Source of the DNA: Haliotis rubra
Lineage: Eukaryota
Direction: 5' to 3'
Assembly (NCBI RefSeq): GCF_003918875.1
Contig: NW_025765956.1
Coordinates: 1 to 64,000, forward strand
Length of the DNA: 64,000 nt
Shown here: piece by piece, positions 59,850 to 64,000 of the stretch
Numbering within the stretch: position 1 is the first letter of the stretch
Layout: each line of letters opens with the position of its first letter
Translations under genes and position numbers: made by a program
Notes under the pieces: generated by a model
Told to the model about the DNA's origin: nothing
What the model saw: the letters and a program-made list of their open reading frames with translations, nothing else
Databases searched by the model: none

Positions 59850-62800
59850 AATGTATTTTCATGACCAGCTTCAACGATCTATTTCGCTATCAAATCTTCC
59901 ACTAAATTTTACGTACGACGAGCGCAACGGATATGTCGCTAACGTGCTTACCTGAGTGTATTACCGGATATTGTTGCCCCAACAATGCCGATCTGTCATT
60001 CAGAGCGAGCGCAGCACAAATGACAATCTGATCCTAAAGCACCGATATTCGACGCTGTATATCGCTTTCATGTTCTCTTCCACTTGCGGGCCTGTTCTAT
60101 CAGCTTCATCAACTGTCGATCGGTATATTCGATCTATTGACGACAATGATTCCGGAAACCCTGTTCGCTATCGTACATTGCTTCTTCTCTGTTGAGCAAT
60201 CGACTTTATCGGAATGATATAAATAGATGCCACCAACAGCTATCGAAAATGCGCTCGATGACTGTTCATGCATCGAGTATGACTGACTCGCTACTGACTC
60301 ATGTTGAGCTGTACCTTTCAAGCCGGTCGGTCATGAGCAGGCTTTCGCCAATATATTGACGAACGAAAAATACGATTATATCGCCAAGAGACGAAATGTT
60401 ATTGATCTTTAACTTCTGCCCCGTTTGATGCGACAATTGTCGCCCTAACACCGGAATGCGTATCGCCGATTGCTTCAGTTTTATCTTGTCGGCTTCTTAA
60501 AGTGCCGCTTATATGATGACATCGAGAGGACATTTTGAAGAAAAATGATAAAGATAACGTCAACAACGTCGGAACTGTTTCGATATCTTCAATATGTATG
60601 TATATGTATTCGTTGGGGTCGCTCTGAGGAACGACCCAGCATCGCTTGCTCTATTCACCGAGGCGTGGACGGCATATTTAATGATCGCTCTGTTCAACGC
60701 TGGCCTCCGCCGCAATGCTATTGAACGAAATCATTGATAAATGGGCCATTGACTTCCTTGAAATCGATTTCACAAATAGCTCATTGTACGATTACGCTAA
60801 CGACGGTGAAGATAAGCATTAATTCTGAAGACTTTAACCTACGACCATTGCTGGCATTAAAATCGTCAGAACTGAGCGGTAACCGGGGCCACGCTCGATA
60901 AACAGATTGATGAGCAATGACTTTGGCATCGATCATGTTCTATGATGCCAGTAATGAAGAAGGTTGCCCTCTGTATTCAACGGCCGACGAACTGGAATTA
61001 TCAGCTGACAAACTGTGCGCTGACTTTTGCCAACTACAACTCTGTTTGCTTTGCAATATATTCATCTGCTTCCGACAGGTAAAGAAATTCGGTTTCGATC
61101 CCCTTTATCATGATGCGTGGCACGGATCGAATATCTGAGCGGACATGTCTTCATCGATGATTCTGTTTTCGATGATCTTTAAATCTCGATGATCTGGTTG
61201 GCCGAACAATTCGATCGTGACTACCCTGTTGTACTTTATTACGAGGGAGCATGGTGGTGATAAACGGCATTCACCCTGATGTACTGCTCACGGGGTATCA
61301 GTCGGAATTATGATGTGCTACGGTTATGGAGGAATAAACAACATATGACGTATATGCAGTGATGGTGACTAACGTATGACTGAATGTCGAGGATGCCGTC
61401 AGCAATATCGAAACCGGCGATTACGCTTGGTAATTCATTTTTCAGGTGATTCAAGGTATTGTTTTTGATATGTTGTGATCTGGCTGAGACCATCAATGAA
61501 TCTTATTAACGGTGTTCAACGGCGAATATCTTATTGCTTTTCGCTTTCGGGCTCGCCGCCAGCATTAATGGAAAACGTGAAATACCACGATGACGATATG
61601 AAAACTCATCGCACGTTCATTAATACGTATCTTTATCGGAAGGAAGGGTAACAACTTATTAATGACCGCTTAAGGTTCCGCGACTGTCACGAACGCGTGA
61701 TCGTCTTCATGATCTTCGGATCGATTACGATTCGTTACGAACCGCCGCAATTCAATGGCGATTAACGGCGTCAAAATCGCCACACGGCAAAGGGTAATTT
61801 TCAGCCGCCTAATCTCGATACTAACAAAGAAAGCCGGGTAAATACTACTTCCCCATGCGTCACTATCTTCGCCTATATTAATGACGATGGTGTTACTGAT
61901 GATCTGACCGCCTATGATTATGATTATTAACCGCATTAATGGTTGGGGATACGCCATCGCCAAATCACCGGGCCCCAATGAAAGATGATTAATATCGAGT
62001 GTTCGAAATATCACCATCGCCATTAATATAACGGAACATGTTCGTGTTCAACTTTATTATACGAACCTGCCGATGTCTTCCATTGATAATGTTCGGATCT
62101 ATACCTTCGGTCAACTTACCACCAAATCGACAATTACGTCATTCGCTGATAATACTGCCCGTTCCTGATTAGATGAGTTCACTGACAAATGAGAGCTTGC
62201 GATACCGTAGACCAGGAACTTTGATATCGGACAAATACTGAGTGTCAGCGAAATTATATTATATTCGCTCGAATTGAACGTCAACACGAAGCAGGATATC
62301 ATACGCACATACATCCGTATTTATTCAATTACAATCTATCTCTGAAGATATCGATTTGAAAATTCTAAACAGCGAGTTCTCCCGTCTGAAAGAAGATGGC
62401 GGCACTGTGGCAACTTTGGCATCTGATCCATCGTATCCAAACGCGGACACTGACGTAACCATGATGACGATAAATGTGTTAACTTCCGCTATCAATCGGT
62501 TCGTGATGAAGTCTATAATAGAACTTTCAAACTCAACTTTCACCGAATCTGGCTATGGTTAAAGTTTATTTTTAAACCAATCGGCTCGGAGAACCGTTGA
62601 CTACATCTATTTTATCGCCAACATAATGTGTTTAGCAAAGGATCTTTCGGAAATTGACGAAGCACCGCCCATTCTTATCACCCGACGAACGATATTTGAT
62701 ATTTTCGCCGTCTTTTGTGGCTGATGGCGACAATACGTGACTCTACCGATGCCAGTCAAATTGATTTGGTTTCATGTTGATATGGAGGACATTTTAAAGC

Positions 62801-64000
62801 ATGATAAATCGTGACGAGGCTGTCGACAGCGGCAGTTGACGAAACCTTTCACATATGTTGCCGAACGGAAATGAACCGTGAGGGCGGAACCGCCCACCTG
62901 CCGAACAATGGCGCTATTTGTCCAGTGACTAAAATATAAACATCTGTTTGATCTTCAAACGAGCTCGGTGCGCAAACTAATATTGATATTGATTAAGCTT
63001 ACGGGCTCGTTAACAAATCGCTAGTCGGAATTTTCTGTCGAAGCATTATTTTGTCTTTCCTCAATTAGCTGTGACCAACTTATGCTACTGGAATCAACCT
63101 GTAATCGCTTTGTCGGCAGTTATCTTCGGGTGCGCAGTACGTCCGATATGTCCCGGCAGGGTAATGATATTGACATGCATGATATACCGCGTTGATGGCT
63201 GTGATGATCGAAGCTTTGATGTGATGCGGCTTATCATGTCATTATTGTATTATTGATAACTTTCTGATTTTATCTCGCGGAACAAACATCCTCGCCTGAC
63301 TAAGCAGGCACGTTCCGGTACGACACTAAATTATTCATTTGTCGATACGTGGCTGGTGATCCCTTATTGATCACTTCCGCTCTTCGAATCTGGCTGCATG
63401 CCGAACAAAGAGGTAATCACGCGATCTGAACACTGCGTGTTTCAGGCTGTCCGTCGGCTTTCGAATACCAGTAAATCTCTGTGATTTCGCTGTCGGGCTT
63501 TCGTCTGGCAAATGCGATATCACTTCATTCTACTGGCGATCGCGGTGATCACGCCTTTCGGAAATCTGCCAGTAAATGCTGTGCCGTTTCGAATGTTCCG
63601 GACAGTACTGACGTCGTGATGGCGGAATGTCCCGAACCGAATATGACTTTGGCGATTTTCAGAATGTCACGCACTGTCATTCTCTGTGTTTCGGGCGTCT
63701 TTATTAATCTTTCTGTCGGGAATGATCCGGACTCGAATCCCCGCATCTTTGATAGCGAGAATGTCGAAACCGTGCTGGGCATATTCGTTTTCATGCGCCC
63801 TTCGATCTGCTGATAATCAACCGGTTTCAATCGCCGCTTTCAAATCGCACGATAATCTTCTTGACGTTTCATCGCCCACCGCGATCCCCTTCCGATAAAT
63901 CGCTTATTTCGTTTCGAATGATGGCGTTCCACGAACTTTATACATGGGATGAAGGGGTGTCAACATAGCCGTATTGGATACGTACGTATGTTCGTATCAG
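59850..64000. other. CpG-rich foreign-looking segment with decayed coding-like sequence, unidentified
   Basis: Visible jump in CG/ATCG/CGA frequency, no SINEs or microsatellites, and protein-like plus-strand frames broken by stops and frameshifts. Confidence 0.45.

Overview
Eukaryotic (animal) genomic DNA. It is most likely a gastropod mollusc such as abalone, judging from recalled SINE families. The window has four parts. (1) 1-13541: the right-hand ~13.5 kb of a Maverick/Polinton (adintovirus-like) endogenous virus. It encodes a packaging ATPase, an rve integrase with chromodomain, minor and major capsid proteins, a core-like protein and an adenain protease, and ends in a GC-rich terminal repeat closing with ACTACT. 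Its accessory cargo is unusual: a CARD-like region that appears fused to a NADAR hydrolase, a single-BIR (IAP-like) protein, and two divergent paralogous zinc-ribbon genes. Most accessory genes sit behind CRE (TGACGTCA)+TATA promoters. The DNA polymerase and the left end are not in the window. Most viral ORFs carry 1-bp frameshifts (decay or assembly error). (2) 13542-~37950: a ~11.5-13 kb tandem duplication that copies the last three (headpiece) exons of a villin-like gene. The Polinton sits in one copy and the empty site is visible in the other. (3) 30857-55279, minus strand: 25 in-phase exons (~783 aa) of a villin/advillin-like gene with gelsolin repeats and a headpiece. Its introns hold SINEs, Tc1/mariner elements, a four-level nested hAT/LINE/MITE/Kolobok cluster and minisatellites. 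(4) ~59850-64000: a CpG-rich, compositionally foreign, decayed coding-like stretch that I could not identify. All protein assignments come from motif recognition by eye, not from database searches.
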